Shown here in pieces: positions 1 through 13,278 of a DNA stretch of 64,000 nt (the stretch's first letter is position 1; every line of letters begins with the position of its first letter). The translations under genes and the position numbers were made by a program. Source of the DNA: Octopus vulgaris (Eukaryota); assembly GCA_951406725.2 (NCBI GenBank), contig OX597820.1, forward strand, positions 9,052,001 through 9,116,000, in the 5' to 3' direction. The notes under the pieces are model-generated. The model searched no databases. It worked only from the letters and a program-made list of their open reading frames with translations, and was not told the DNA's origin.

Positions 1-262
1 CGATCGCTGTCTTACGCCTCAAGATAAAAGTGTGAAAATGAAACCCCTTTTCTTGGATCTCCTGTTACTCTCACTGCAGCAGTTGTTCCCTTCTCCTTTC
101 CAGCAGGAGTTCATATATTTTAGTTTTATTTCCTCCCTCATTGTATGTATGAAGAAATCAAACAATTACAAAAGGTTCTGTCAATGCTTTGTTTTAAAAA
201 AAAAAGCTGAGGAAATTAACTTTTACAGACCCTTTTTTTACCCTTGTCTACCCACTCATTAA

Positions 263-468
263 CCCTTTCATTACCAACCCGGCTGAAACCAGCTCTGGCT
301 CTGAGTACAAATGTCTTGTTTTCATAAGTTTTCAATTAAAATCTTCCACCAAACTGTTCCTAACACTAGCTAAATGATAACTAAGTTATTTTACTAAATT
401 CTTTGTTATATTTAACATTAATTGAAAGAATCACAGAACATCTCAACAGAAATATAGAAACAAGAGGG
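263..468 (+). mobile_element. ~220-bp TTAA-flanked piggyBac-type MITE (other copies 18537-18757, 18789-19008, 63375-63590)
   Basis: TTAA-CCCTTT...AGGG-TTAA ends; shared body AAAATCTTCCACCAAAC...CTAACACTAGC. Confidence 0.8.
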
Positions 469-972
469 TTAACTAGGTTTTATAGAATTGACATCACAGT
501 TTCAGTTCATTTATCCCTCTTTCTTTCACATTCTGATGTTACACTCAATTTCTTTTCAATCTGTATCCTCTTCTATTCCAATGCATTCCATTTCTCTGTA
601 GTCTTTTATTGCTGTTATTAATTTATATCCTGTCCCACGGCACTGGTTTATTGTCCTGAAAAAATTTGTTTTTAATTTTGGCAACTCACATATATGTCTG
701 GCTCTCAACTAACAGTGGAATCGTAAGGACACTGTGGTCAAAAACTGCATGCCAGTTTCCTCCATCAGCATGGCATAATGGTTTGGGTACTGCACTAATG
801 ATTGCCAGATTGCAGTTTTGACCCCTGGACGAAGCAGTGCATTGCATTTTTAAGCAGAACACTTCATTCCACATTGCTGCTGTCTACTTGGCTGTAAATC
901 AGTCACTCTGCAATGGACCAGTATCCCATTCGAGGGAAATGTTGTGATTTCATTGACTTATACACAATGAGT

Positions 973-1259
973 GGAGGTACATGGCCTAGTGGTTAGAGCA
1001 GCAGACTCGCGGTCGAGGGATCGTGAGTTCGACTCTCAGACCGGGCGAAACACCTAAGCTCCACACGGCTCCGGCAGAAGGTAATAGCGAACTTCTGCTG
1101 ACTCTTTCGCCACAACTTTCTCTCACTCTTTCCTCCTGCATCTTGCAGCTCACCTGTGACAGACCAGCGTCCCATCCAGGTGGGGAACCTATACGCCAAG
1201 GAAACCAGGAAACCGGCCCTTATGAGCCAGGAATGGCTCGAGAAGGAACAAACAACAAC
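973..1259 (+). mobile_element. tRNA-headed SINE, tail type A (also 32975-33245 -)
   Basis: Box A TGGCCTAGTGG, box B GTTCGACTC; (AAC)n tail; flanking ACTTATACACAA repeat. Confidence 0.8.
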
Positions 1260-2014
1260 TTATACACAAGGAATACCACATAACAGATGCTATGAGTTCT
1301 ATTCTACGTGCAGTTGATGTCGCAGAAAAATATTGTACTCTGCTGCTTTATTTCTATGTTTCCTTTTTTTTTTATCAATGAGCCATGAATACAGAATGCT
1401 CCTTTAAAGGTATCTCATCACCCGTTAGTTGCAATGTTTAATTTTACATTCTTCTTCGTAGACTTTTATTCTTAAGCCAACCATTTCTTGTTTCATTTGC
1501 TGATTTGACTTATCTTCTGCTACTTCAATATTTGTAGCAAGTAATGCAAATGTCTGCTGTTATTTTCCATCCTTCTTCTCCACCCTCTATTCCAGGGTGG
1601 ATTGTGGAGCTAGAGTCTTTTGACCCCCCCTCCCCACAGAAACCTCTCAGAAGCAGCCATCATTATACATACCATTTCCCAATTACTAATAGTTGTTCCC
1701 TCCTGGACCCACTTCAGCTTCCCAAAACCTGCATCCTTTGTGCACCTACCCAACACTTCCCAGAATATGATGCAGGCTCAGGCTTACCATTAATTATACT
1801 GGCATTGGATGGAAACAGCATTAGAATGGACCCCTCTACCTTAGATCCAAATGTGTCTTTTGTTGACCCATGCAGTGGGCAATGTGATATGGTTATCCTT
1901 TGGAACTCTTTTCATATTGCAGATTTCGGTAGTCTTATTCATGCCAGGCACCAAGTTGCCATTTGGATTGGACTCAGTTATTTTCATTCGTTTTATGAAT
2001 CTATCGCTATTGTA

Positions 2015-2425
2015 GACGCAGGAGTGGCTGTGTGGTAAGTAGCTTGCTAACCAACCACATGGTTCCGGGTTCAGTCCCACTGCGTGGCATCTTGGGCAAG
2101 TGTCTTCTGCTATAGCCCCGGGCTGACCAATGCCCTGTGAGTGGATTTGGTAGACGGAAACTGAAAGAAGCCTGTCGTATGTATGTATATATATATATAT
2201 GTGTATGTGTGTCTGTGTTTGTCCCCCTAGCATTGCTTGACAACTGATGATGGTGTGTTTACGTCACCATCACTTAGCGGTTCGGCAAAAGAGACCGATA
2301 GAATAAGTACTGGGCTTACAAAGAATAAGTCCCGGGGTCGATTTGCTCGATTAAAGGTGGTGCTCCAGCATGGCCGCAGTCAAATGACTGAAACAAGTAA
2401 AAAGAGTAAAGAGTAAAAAGAGAGT
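2015..2425 (+). mobile_element. tRNA-derived CORE-like SINE with internal (TA/TG)n; the most abundant family (copies near 10310-10738 -, 14683-15097 +, 21366-21630 -, 29630-29970 -, 36145-36543 -, 39226-39575 +, 42342-42738 +, 43456-43822 -)
   Basis: Box A TGGCTGTGTGG, box B GGTTCAGTCCC, CTTGGGCAAGT core-like motif, GAAACAAGTAAAAGAG tail; many near-identical copies. Confidence 0.85.
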
Positions 2426-4469
2426 TTGATAAATTTAGCATGGAGACTCTTAGCACAGGTAATTCTTTGTCTCTACTCAGCTGGCATTCTTTAATTGCTT
2501 CACATTTTTATCATCTCATTAAACAGTTGCTAATCATACATTATGTCCTCAAATTTTTATGGAAACCATTTTTATCAGAAAATTCTAGACATCACTTGTC
2601 TATCATCATCATCACCATCATCATCATCGTCATTTAATGTTGCATTTTCCATGTTGATATGGGTTGGATGATTCCCCAGGGACTAAGAAATGAGCCACAT
2701 GGCTGTGCTGAGCTACAATGTCAGCTTTGGAATGGTTCCTATGGCCAGGTGCCCTTCCTAACAAAAAACCTTTTTACAGAATATTTTGGCTGCTTTTTTC
2801 ATGACACCAGCACTGGTGAGGCCATCAAGTACTTGCAAGACTCCCTCAACTGAGTGGGGTGTATATTAAGGGATATGAAAGTATGATAGAAAGACAGGAG
2901 CAGATATCCTGTTTTATATACAAAAAAAAAAAAAATTCTGGTAATTTTATCTGCTCAATTCAGTTGGGTTTTTGTGTTGGGAGCAGGTTTATCCTGTGGA
3001 TCAAGTTCTTTCTTACGTATAATGAAGTGATTGATAGAAGATGGAATTTTATTCCTCTCTTCACACAAATTTTCATCTTGCATCATCATCATCATCATCG
3101 TCATCATCAATGTCCGTTTTCCATGCTAGCATGGGTTAGACGATTCGACCAGGGTCTGGGAAGCCAGGAGGCTGCACCAGGCTCCAGTCTGATCTGGTAG
3201 TATTTCTACAGCTGGATGCCCTTCCTAACACCAACCACTCCAAGAGTGTAGTGGATGCTTTTTACGTACCACAGGCACGGGGGTCAGAGGAGACTGGCAA
3301 CGACCGTGATCGGTTGGTGCTTTTTACGTGCCACCGGTACTGAAGCCAGTCAAGGTGGCACTGGCATAGGCCACGTTTGGATGGTGCTTTTTACGTGCTA
3401 CATTAATATCCAGTTTGGCAAGAGTAGATTTTCTTAAACTTTGTTGTATGTTTTTACAACCATTCCATGGATCATTACATTAAAAAGATTCCTCAACAAG
3501 GAAGCTGGTCGCTTTTTTAATGGGATAATATGACTCCATTCATTCACATTTTAACGATTAATATATCAAGAGTCACAATCAGCAGCAGAATTGGAATGTC
3601 AGATGAATTCCATTTTTTACCTTTTCTTCTTCACTTGTCGTCAACAGATTTAACAAAACCAGTGATTTTTACCATTAAGACATAAACTTGTAGAATATTG
3701 GCAAGAAGACATGAATAATGAAGGAGAACATATTATACACTTACGGAGATGTACTTGCATAGCAAGTGGCCTGATCTGAGATCGTGTGCTTGAACGAAAA
3801 CAATTGCAGCATGGAAGGTGTTTATAAGCCATTTAAGAATTTCTCAGAATTTTGTCTGAACAGAATTTTGTCTGAACAGGTCGCCGTCTCAAAGCGACGA
3901 AAATATTTTGGCAAATTAAATTTAAATGTTGAGGTGAATCTAACGGTTTTTGTGTGTTTCTTAAATGGCTTATAAACACCTTCCACGTTGCAATTGATAT
4001 TATAGACTGATTTGTTAAAATTCTTGATAGAAAATAAAGATTTTAAATAAATGGAAAAAAGAAAAAGAACAAATTTATCTGACAACCCAATGTATTTTCC
4101 TCTTCATCATCGTCATTGTTTAACGTCTGTTTTCCATGCTGGCATGGGTTGGATGGTTTGACTGGGGTCTGGAGAGCCAGGAGGCTGCACCAGGCTCCAA
4201 TCTGATCTGGCAGTGTTTCTACAGCTGGATGCCCTTCCTAACGCCAACCACTCATCTTCATTAAATGAATTAAGGAAATATATTCTTCATGCATTGCATT
4301 TCTGGCTTTTTCACATTTTTATATCATTTCCATCCACATTATTCATCAAAGATTTTTTGGCTTTTTTTTTTTTTTCTGCTGCCATGTTATAACATTTTCT
4401 GTATCTTTTTGTATTACTGAATGTGTTATCTTGAAGATATCTTGATGTGTGTTTCCTTTCTTTGCTCAA

Positions 4470-4754
4470 CCCTTAAACGGTGGACATCATCAATTGATGT
4501 TTCATTAGAGAACAGCAGACATCATCAATTGCTGTTTCAAAAACTTTACATGGATACGGCCATGTATCCATGAATATTTTACAGAACTTTTCAGTAGAGA
4601 TTGTAAATTTTATTGTGAGAGACTAACAATTATTATTATAGCATTTTTACTTATGAAAATAAGTATAAAATTTATCCTTAAAAAAATATTCTCTTTTTTT
4701 TGTTTTTGCTCCATTTGGCACACGTTCATGCAACTCCTTCCTGCCGTTTAAGGG
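4470..4754. mobile_element. piggyBac-type MITE with TCAA flanks
   Basis: 11-bp TIR CCCTTAAACGG; TCAA directly repeated on both sides. Confidence 0.6.
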
Positions 4755-7741
4755 TCAAATGGATTCTTCCCGATACATTGCCATGATATTGCTCTGGGCT
4801 TATATATATATATATATATACTTTTCCTTCAAGTTGTGTGAAACTAACAGTTCTGGGTGTTAATCTCACCAATATCAAATTTTTCTTTCATTTTTTCCCA
4901 AATGATGTTAAATACCAGTAATTCACTGGGATTGTAGTTGATCATATCCTAAAGCCTTGGTCTAGACAAAAGAAATTATTTGTAGACTTGATTTCTGCTT
5001 ATCTTATTTCTGTACACTTAATTTCTTCAATCAAAAAGCTCTGTTGATGTAAATAATCTGTAATTTACCTTATAAACATTTGCACATGTATGTGACTGTT
5101 AAATATATTGATGTTAAAATAGTCATCTGTCTATCATACTTAATGTATATAAACTGTTTGTAGGCCAGTTGCTGTAGTATTTGTCCAGAGATAATATCTC
5201 TTAAAAACACAATATCAAGAGACATTTATAAGAGTTGTTATCTCAGGACAAATACTACAGTAACTGGCCTATAAACAGTGTACATACATTAAGTATGGTA
5301 CATAGATGACTTTTAATTAAATACAGCCTCAATTGCATAACTGGATAATTGATGTTAATTGTATTTGATTTTCTGCCAAATGCACAGATACAAACAATTG
5401 GATGCTGGACTAATTAATTTAATTTCTGAATTACAAGCCACACATTTCTACATTCCCTGGAATTGACATTGCTTAGCATTCTTCCAGTTTTCACCAAATA
5501 AGTATCCAAAGTAATTTCTGTTTTCTTTTCAATAAACAATAACGAAGGCTATGAAGTTTAGATTCTGGCTAACAAGATTTGTTGTTGAGAGTTCAAACTA
5601 TATCACAGCCCCTCTGTTGTGTTCTGGTAAGGTGTTCAATAAGGAAAGGTTAAGCATAAGGAAAAGTAAAAATGCTATTCATTCAAAAATAGGACATGGA
5701 GTGCTCAACTCCTTGCATGTTGAGTTCAGAGTGCCAGATAAGTGAAGGCATGTGGGTCAGTGGTTACGGTTTTTAGCTCATAATTATATGGCTGTGAGTT
5801 CAATTCCCAGCTGTATGCTGTGTCCCTGAGCAAGACACTTTATTTCACATCCACTCAGCTGACAAAAATAAGTAGTGCCTAATTGAGGCTCTCTGAGAAC
5901 AACATTGTGTACATGTCTGTGGAGTACTCAACCACTTGCATATTAATTTCACAAGTGGACTGTTCCATTGACTGGATGACCTGGAACACTTGTCTTTGTA
6001 ACCTAGAATGCCAGTTGAGAATTAGAAAGGACTCTCTGCTGTAAAAACAGAATTCCTCCAAAAATAAGGCAAATACTTAGTTGCAAAAGAAAACATTTCA
6101 AACATGCCAATAGATCATGGCTTAGTCTGAGGACTTGGTTATTGCTACCAGGCCTCTGACACTGCAAAAGGAGGTAAATTGCGTTATCCTTAGAATTCTT
6201 GCATCAGAGTGAATCCCACCAAAGGAACTTTGCCCTTTGGTATTCAGAGATTATTTTGTCAAATGTAATACTTATTCATTTCCCTTGTTTTGAATTAATT
6301 ATGCATTATCTTATAGCTATCAGACTTTGGTGACATGATTTCAAAAAATATTGCAAGGTAGGTGTGAGAGACTGGACTGAATATAAAACAGAATATCCAG
6401 GCCAGATGGGGTCAGTTTAAACACTAAAGGATTAAGGACCAGGAGGTGGTATTAAACTGAGTGATGAGTTAAATGTGCTACCCCAAAACAGCAACTGTTG
6501 ATCCAACAGACTTCTATCTACTCCATTTCACTGAGAGGCTTTGGTAGAATATACTTATTCAGGGTGCCATGTGGTGGAATAAAACCTAGACCCATGAAAT
6601 TGCAACTCAAACTACTTTGCCACAAGGTCCCTTCTGCATCCATTATACATTAAATACCTGTGTGTGTATGTGTAATTCTTTAGCCAGGTTTCTCTGTCCA
6701 ATTCAATGCTTATTTATTAACATGGTTTTGGAGGCGCAATGGCCCAGTGATTAGGGCAATTCCCAGACCAGGTCTTATGAGTGCTTATTGAACGAAAACA
6801 CCTAAAGCTCCATGAGGCTCCGGCAGGGGGTGGTGGTGAACCCTGCTGTATTCTTTCACCACAACTTTCTCTCACTCTTTCTTCCTGTTTCTGTTGTACC
6901 TGTATTTCAAAGGGGCCGACCTTGTCACACTCTGTGTCATGCTGAATCTCCCCAAGAACTACATTAAGGGTACACGTGTCTGTGGAGTGCTCAGCCACTT
7001 GCACATTAATTTCACAAGCAGGCTGTTCTGTTGATCAGATCAACTGGAACCCTCATCGTCATAACTGACAGAGCACCGCAATGACGAACATGGTTTTGAA
7101 TTAATTCTATGTGTTTGTCTTTAGAATGACATTGTAGGGTAGGTGTGAAAGGCCTGATCTGGCTGGTTTGAAGATAAAAACAAGTAGAACGTTTGGGTTG
7201 GATATGGTTGATTTGAAGATAAAACAATATTCGGGGCTGGAGACGACCAGTTTGAACATAAAGTAGAATATTTGGGGCTGGATATTTCCGGTTTAAATGC
7301 TAAAGAAATAGAAACTCCAGTTTTGGAACTTCATGTCCCTTAATTGATTGAGTTATGCTTCTCCTATGTAAACAGCTCCAAGATTTCAGCTCAGGATTCA
7401 AAGTATTGGAAAGTAACTAACCCCAAAGAAGCAGACATTCCTTACATGGCCACCATGTATGTAGTAGTATATGCGAAGTGTGTAAAACTAATTGGTTAAC
7501 AACACAGTAACATTATCAACAAAATATAGAAGCTTTTGAATTAATGCCTCCCTGTTTATGACATTTTATCAAACCTGTTTTTATATGGAGGGAAAAAAAA
7601 GAAAACATCTTAATAGCAATTTTAATAGCACAGAAATAAAACTAGTTCAGTGAATTTGCTCTTAATATGTATTTAATTTGTTTTTAATCAAAAGTTCTTA
7701 AATTACATCAGAAAATTTTTTTTAAGAAAAACTTTCATTAA

Positions 7742-8818
7742 CCCTTTCGTTACCAAACCGCCCTAAAAAAATTTTGGTTAATGTGACCAAACCGCCCAAA
7801 GCCGCCCATATTTACCTATTCATATTTAAATGAGAATATCAGAGCAAATCTCTTTAGTACATTCATGAAAACACGTGATTATACTTCGTAAAGAGTTCAT
7901 CTACAGTTTTGTACAAAAATCGAAGTGTAATTTTAATTCCGTGAATTTTGGGAGATTTTTTTCCGAAATTTGTTCCTATTGTGTTTTCAAAATTTGTAAT
8001 TCTGACAAAAAATGGATATGAATTTCATTATATCAAGCAGCAAGTCAGAATTCGAAGGATTTTCTACTGAAAACCTTCATAAATCTAACTCTATGACTGA
8101 AAAAAAAAAGCATGTGGTATTTGATAATGAATCTGATGTTTCATTTTCCGAAAGTGAAAACAGTGAATCCGAGAGCTCCGACAGCAATAAAGAAAATGAA
8201 TTGGCACCTGAATGGAGTGAAAATTTAAAAACTGTTTCTTTCGGTGATTTTTCTGAAGAAACTGGACCAAGCCAGAGACTTTCCCAGAAGAGTAAAGCCT
8301 TAGACTATTTCTTTTTACTTTTTCGAATGAGCCTATTTGAAATCATTACGGCGGAAACGAACCGTTATGCTAAATGTAAACAAAACGAAAGAAAGGATAG
8401 TTAGTGGTTTCCCATAACCTTAAATGAAATTAAGACTATTTTGCCATAAATATTATTATGGGTATCAGAAAGTTACCCAGAATAACAAATTCTATCGTAA
8501 AATTTTGTTGTATACCCAATTGAATATTAGCTAATAACCCATTTTCTATAGCGATGTTTGAACAAAATTTTAATAATTTTATATTTTGTTGAATTTAACT
8601 GTATCTACCTGCAATTAGAGTCAATTTGTGACAAAAATTATAGTATAGAATTGGTTGAGAACATTTCATTAAATTATCTTCCAAAAATCAGATTGATATA
8701 TTGATAAATAAAAAAGTTATAGTTGTTTAATGAAACCAGACTAAATTTATGATTATGTTAGAAATTAATTGAAACACATAAGGGGTGTATTTTGGTCAGA
8801 AATATAGTAACGAAAGGG
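7742..8818 (+). mobile_element. Non-autonomous piggyBac derivative, copy 1, with truncated PGBD-like transposase N-terminus
   Basis: TTAA TSDs; TIR CCCTTTCGTTAC; ORF 8012-8404 with acidic N-terminus and ALDYFFLLF...IITAETNRYA, then WFPITLNEIK..IMGIRKLP motifs. Confidence 0.9.
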
Positions 8819-9200
8819 TTAAGGCATTTTTTTTAATACTCCAAAATGACACTTCCAGTTGTTATTATAGTGACTTTGATGGTAAAAAATGTCAGATATT
8901 TTTTTTTAGTGTAGAAACATGGCATGTACTACAGAATAATGATGAAGGGAATACCATCTCCATTCTAAATGACCAAAAACAAAAAGAAAGAAAAGATCTT
9001 ATTGTTATATCTGTTGTGTTGAGCCTGCAATATAAATTTGAGTTGACTGCAATTATTTGTGCTGTGATGAATTATTTCCCTTATTTTGCTGATGCTATTG
9101 TGAGAAGCATGAACATTATAACTTCCCATTGTTCTCTTCGTTCTCTATAAATATGTTTAATTTCCACGAACATGAAAAATATCATTCTCATACTTGTGGC

Positions 9201-9521
9201 CAGTGGCATAGCCAGGTTCTAAAGTTAGGGGCAGCAAGCACATTAAAAAAAAAACAAAAAAAAAGGTGCCGTGACACATACCTAACAATTTCTTACTCAT
9301 TTCTTTTATATTACACAAAATATTTTATTAGTTATACGTAATTGTATTCTACATTCATTAATTTCGTGTTTCAGTAACGATGTCATTATGTATGAAATTT
9401 ACAGCTAACGACGTAGGTAGCTGAAGAATTTTAAAAAAAATTATTGGAAAGGCACCAGTTTTGAAAAATGTGCAGAGAGGGAGCTGTAGCTCCCTTTGTT
9501 CCCCTATCAGCTATGCCCCTG
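9201..9521. mobile_element. hAT-type MITE
   Basis: TIR CAG(T/G)GGCATAGC; 8-bp TSD CTTGTGGC at 9193-9200 and 9522-9529. Confidence 0.8.
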
Positions 9522-10098
9522 CTTGTGGCAAGTGCTATAAAAGTACAAGGTAATCTTAGTCCACAAACCAGTTTTAATTATTGGTTGAAGCAAACTCACT
9601 TCAGCTGATAATGTTATTGAGAAAAGCATTAATATCACACAATCAATCACCTCAGAGAGAAATCTTCACTATTGTTGTAAATTTTTTCGATGTATGCAAA
9701 AGATAAACAGGGGCCAAACCGAACGAGTTTGTGCTTCACATTGTTTCATTTTAAGAGAGAAGCAGCTTAGTTGGAATTTATTTTCTAGTAGCTTGCTTGA
9801 TTTCCTGTTTTACATGTAAAGGCTGTGAAACTTCATAATGTCAAATCCATCTTTCTATTTATAACTCCAGTATTTAAAGGGTTTTTTTGGATTTTTTTTT
9901 AACAAATAGATCTAAACTTAAAGTTTATAACCTTAAAATGTTATAATCGTTATTTTGGAGTTTCTAGCTGAGGTCTTATCAGCTAATTCATCACTGAGTT
10001 TTCAAAAGCTCATATACCAAATATTTAATATATATATATGTATATATATGTATGTATATATATATATGTATATATATATGTATATATATATATATATG

Positions 10099-10131
<33 letters not shown>

Positions 10132-10963
10132 GCATATACACACACGTTTATATACATTTATGTGCATGTAATATATATATATGTATGTATATATATATAT
10201 ATACATATATATCATGATATTGTAAAATTTCAAGTTTTAAATATCAATAAATAATTTAAATGTTGTATGTTTTGTGTCATTTATTCCTTCCTTGAAAACT
10301 ATACACCAACTCTTTTACTCTTTCACTTGTTTCAGTCATTTGACTGTGGCCATGCTGGAGCACTGCCTTTTTAGTCGAGCAAATCGACCCCAGGACTTTT
10401 AATCTTTGTAAGCCTAGTACTTATTTTATCGGTCTCCTTTTGCCGAACCGCTAAGTTATGGGGACGTAAACACACCAGCACCGGTTGTCAAGCGATGTTG
10501 GAGGGGGGGACAAACACAGACACACAAACATATACACACACATACATATGTATATATATATATATACATATATACGACGGGCTTCTTTTAGTTTCCGTCT
10601 ACCAAATCCACTCACAAGGCTTTGGTCGGCCCGAGGTTATATTAGAAGACACTTGCCCAAGATGCTACGCAGTGGGACTGAACCCAGAACCATGTGGTTC
10701 ATAAGCAAGCAACTTACCACACAACCACTCCTACGCCTATCTTGTATGTATATTTGAAATGTGAAGTAAATAAGGCTGGAAAAGGTAAATAAATTTAGAA
10801 CGAAACTTTTTTTTCTCTTCATGTCATATTTGAATAAGTTTCATCATCCAACATCTATTTTCCATGCTAGCAAAGGTTGGGGGGGGGGGTTAACAGGATC
10901 AAGCAAGCTGTCGGGCTGCAATGAGCTCCAGTCTCAGTTTTGACATGGTTTCTATAGCCGGGT

Positions 10964-11351
10964 GTGGAGGCGCAATGGCCCAGTGGTTAGGGCAGCGGAC
11001 TCGTGGTCATAGCATCGCGGTTTCAATTCCCAGACCGGGCGTTGTGAGTGTTTATTGAGCGAAAACACCTAAAGCTCCACGAGGCTCCGGCAGGGGATGG
11101 TGGTGATCCCTGCTGTACTCTTTCACCACAACTTTCTCTCACTCTTACTTCCTGTTTCTGTTGTACCTGTATTTCAAAGGGCCGGCCTTGTCACTCTCTG
11201 TGTCACGCTGAATATCCTCGAGAACTACGTTAAGGGTACACGTGTCTGTGGAGTGCTCAGCCACTTACACGTTAATTTCACGAGCAGGCTGTTCCGTTGA
11301 TTCGGATCAACCGGAACCCTCGTCGTCGTAACCGACGGAGTGCTTCCATCC
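10964..11351 (+). mobile_element. tRNA-headed SINE, tail type B (also 6731-7080 +, 19621-20005 -)
   Basis: GGAGGCGCAATGGCCCAGTGG head; 10-bp TSD ATAGCCGGGT; nested in an older repeat. Confidence 0.85.
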
Positions 11352-11865
11352 ATAGCCGGGTACCCTTCCTAACATCAACCATTTTTTTCCTTGCCGCCAG
11401 CAGTTGTGAAATTGCCAAGTAACTTACAAGAAAAAGAGTAAAAAAAAAAAGGTCAACTAAGCAGGGAAGAGTATTTGATGACTGGTTTTATCCAGAGGGA
11501 AGCAGAGGTGTCTTGCTACAGAGAAGATATGTATCTACCCCACATTTATATAAGGGTGGGTAGGAGTAGCTGAGAAGAAGAAAAGATGGTCATACTTATT
11601 GCAGGTTGCATGCTCAAGATCCAGGTGATGGACCTGTTTATATACTGTCTTTAGAATGACATTATAGGGTAGGTGTGAAAGGCCTGATCTGGCTGGTTTG
11701 AAGATAAAAACAAGTAGAATGTTTGGGTTGGATATGGTTGATTTCAAGATAAAACAATATTTGGGGCTGGAGACGACCAGTTTGAACATAAAGTAGAATA
11801 TTTTGGTTGGATATGAATGCAGTTGGTGACATTGCTTCGGACAATAGCAATGAGTGCTCAAAATA

Positions 11866-12785
11866 CAGGGTGTCCATAAAGTCTCTTTACAATTTAAAAA
11901 AATTATTACAAAGGCAGTTGATGAGATATTTTAACCAGATTTGTTTTATTTTAATAATTGTTTATTAAAGTTTTTAATTGGTATTAAATTTTTGTGTTTC
12001 ACATACTCTGTTGATGGAAGGGAAATGATTCACTGAAACCTTATAAAATGAGAATGAAGCATTCCTCAAGCGAGTTTGTTTTAGTGACAAGGCAACTTTC
12101 ATGTTTCGGGGAAATTAAACAGACACAATGTGAGAATCTGTGGACCAGAATACCCCCATGTGACTAGGGAGCTTCATTGGGATAGTCCAAAAGTGAATGT
12201 GTGGTGTGGAATCATGTGCAATTGAATAATTGGTCCATTTTTCTTCAACGAGGCAACAATTACTGCAGATGTTTACCTCGACCTTATGACCGAATATGTG
12301 GCACCACAACTGATTGATTCACAACCAACCATCATCCTCCAGCAAGATGGTGCACCACCACATTGGGGATGGCATGTTCGTCAGTTCCTCAATCAAACAT
12401 TTCCAGACAATGGATTGGAAGGGATGGGCCAAATCCATGGCCATCGCGTTCGCCAGATATCACTCCCTTGGACTTCTTTTTATGGGGTTATATAAAAGAT
12501 ACCGTGTATTAAACAAAGATACAGGACAATGCTGACTTGAAGCAAAGGATTCGTAATGCCATTGCCACCGTTGATGAGGCTATCCTACAGCGAACATGGC
12601 AAGAAATCGAGTACCGTCTTGATGTGCTTCGCGCAACTAATGGTACCCATATTGAGGTCTATTAAACAACAGTTAAAAAACTTTAATAAACAATTATTAC
12701 AATAAAACAAATCTGGTTCAGATATCTTGTCAACTGCCTTTGGAATAAAATTTTTAAATTGCAAAGAGACTTTATGGACACCCTG
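11866..12785 (+). mobile_element. Internally deleted Tc1/mariner-superfamily element, DD41D (rosa-type) transposase pseudogene
   Basis: TA TSD; TIRs of about 110 bp starting CAGGGTGTCC; remnants KVNVWCGI..IIGPFFF, QQDGAPPH...WPSRSPDITPLDFFLWG with 41 residues between the last two Asp after one frameshift. Confidence 0.88.
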
Positions 12786-13278
12786 TATATCTATCCAATG
12801 AGGGGATGTTTTGGGAAGGTGATCACCAAATAATACCAGTACCAATATTTTATCATAGAAAGGGTATATCAAATTAAATAAAATGCACCCGTGCTTGTGC
12901 CACATAAAAAGCAGTCATGGAAAAGGCACCCAGTCCACCCTGTAAAGTAGTTGGTGTTAAGGACAATGTTTACCTGCATAATGCGAAACAATGAATGAAG
13001 ACAGTTGCATCAAGAGGTGCTGATCTCTAATCGTGTGGAAGGGGTAGACCCAGGAAGATGTGGGATGAAGTGGTGAGAAAGGATCTTCAGATGTTGGGCC
13101 CCACAGAGGAAGACAAGGAACTGAAACTTCTGGTGGTTTGCTGTGCTTGGGAAGACACATTAAGCTAAGTGAAACTGTGGTTGTCCTTGCATACAGGTAT
13201 GTCCCCTGCATCTCTCTTCAGGTGAATGAAATCAACCTTGTGGTTTGGTGCCACATAAAAACACCTGTGCTGGTGCTG

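Noticed and set aside
973-1045. tRNA genes at SINE heads (also 10966, 13570, 19935, 15297)
   Set aside because: They continue into SINE bodies with tails and TSDs and lack a complete acceptor stem
1544-2038. 164-aa plus-strand ORF
   Set aside because: No recognisable domain; it ends inside a SINE
3611-3690. Strong plus-strand acceptor at 3647 followed by a short frame (LTKPVIFTIKT*)
   Set aside because: Could be the last exon of an upstream gene, but no partner exons or homology support it
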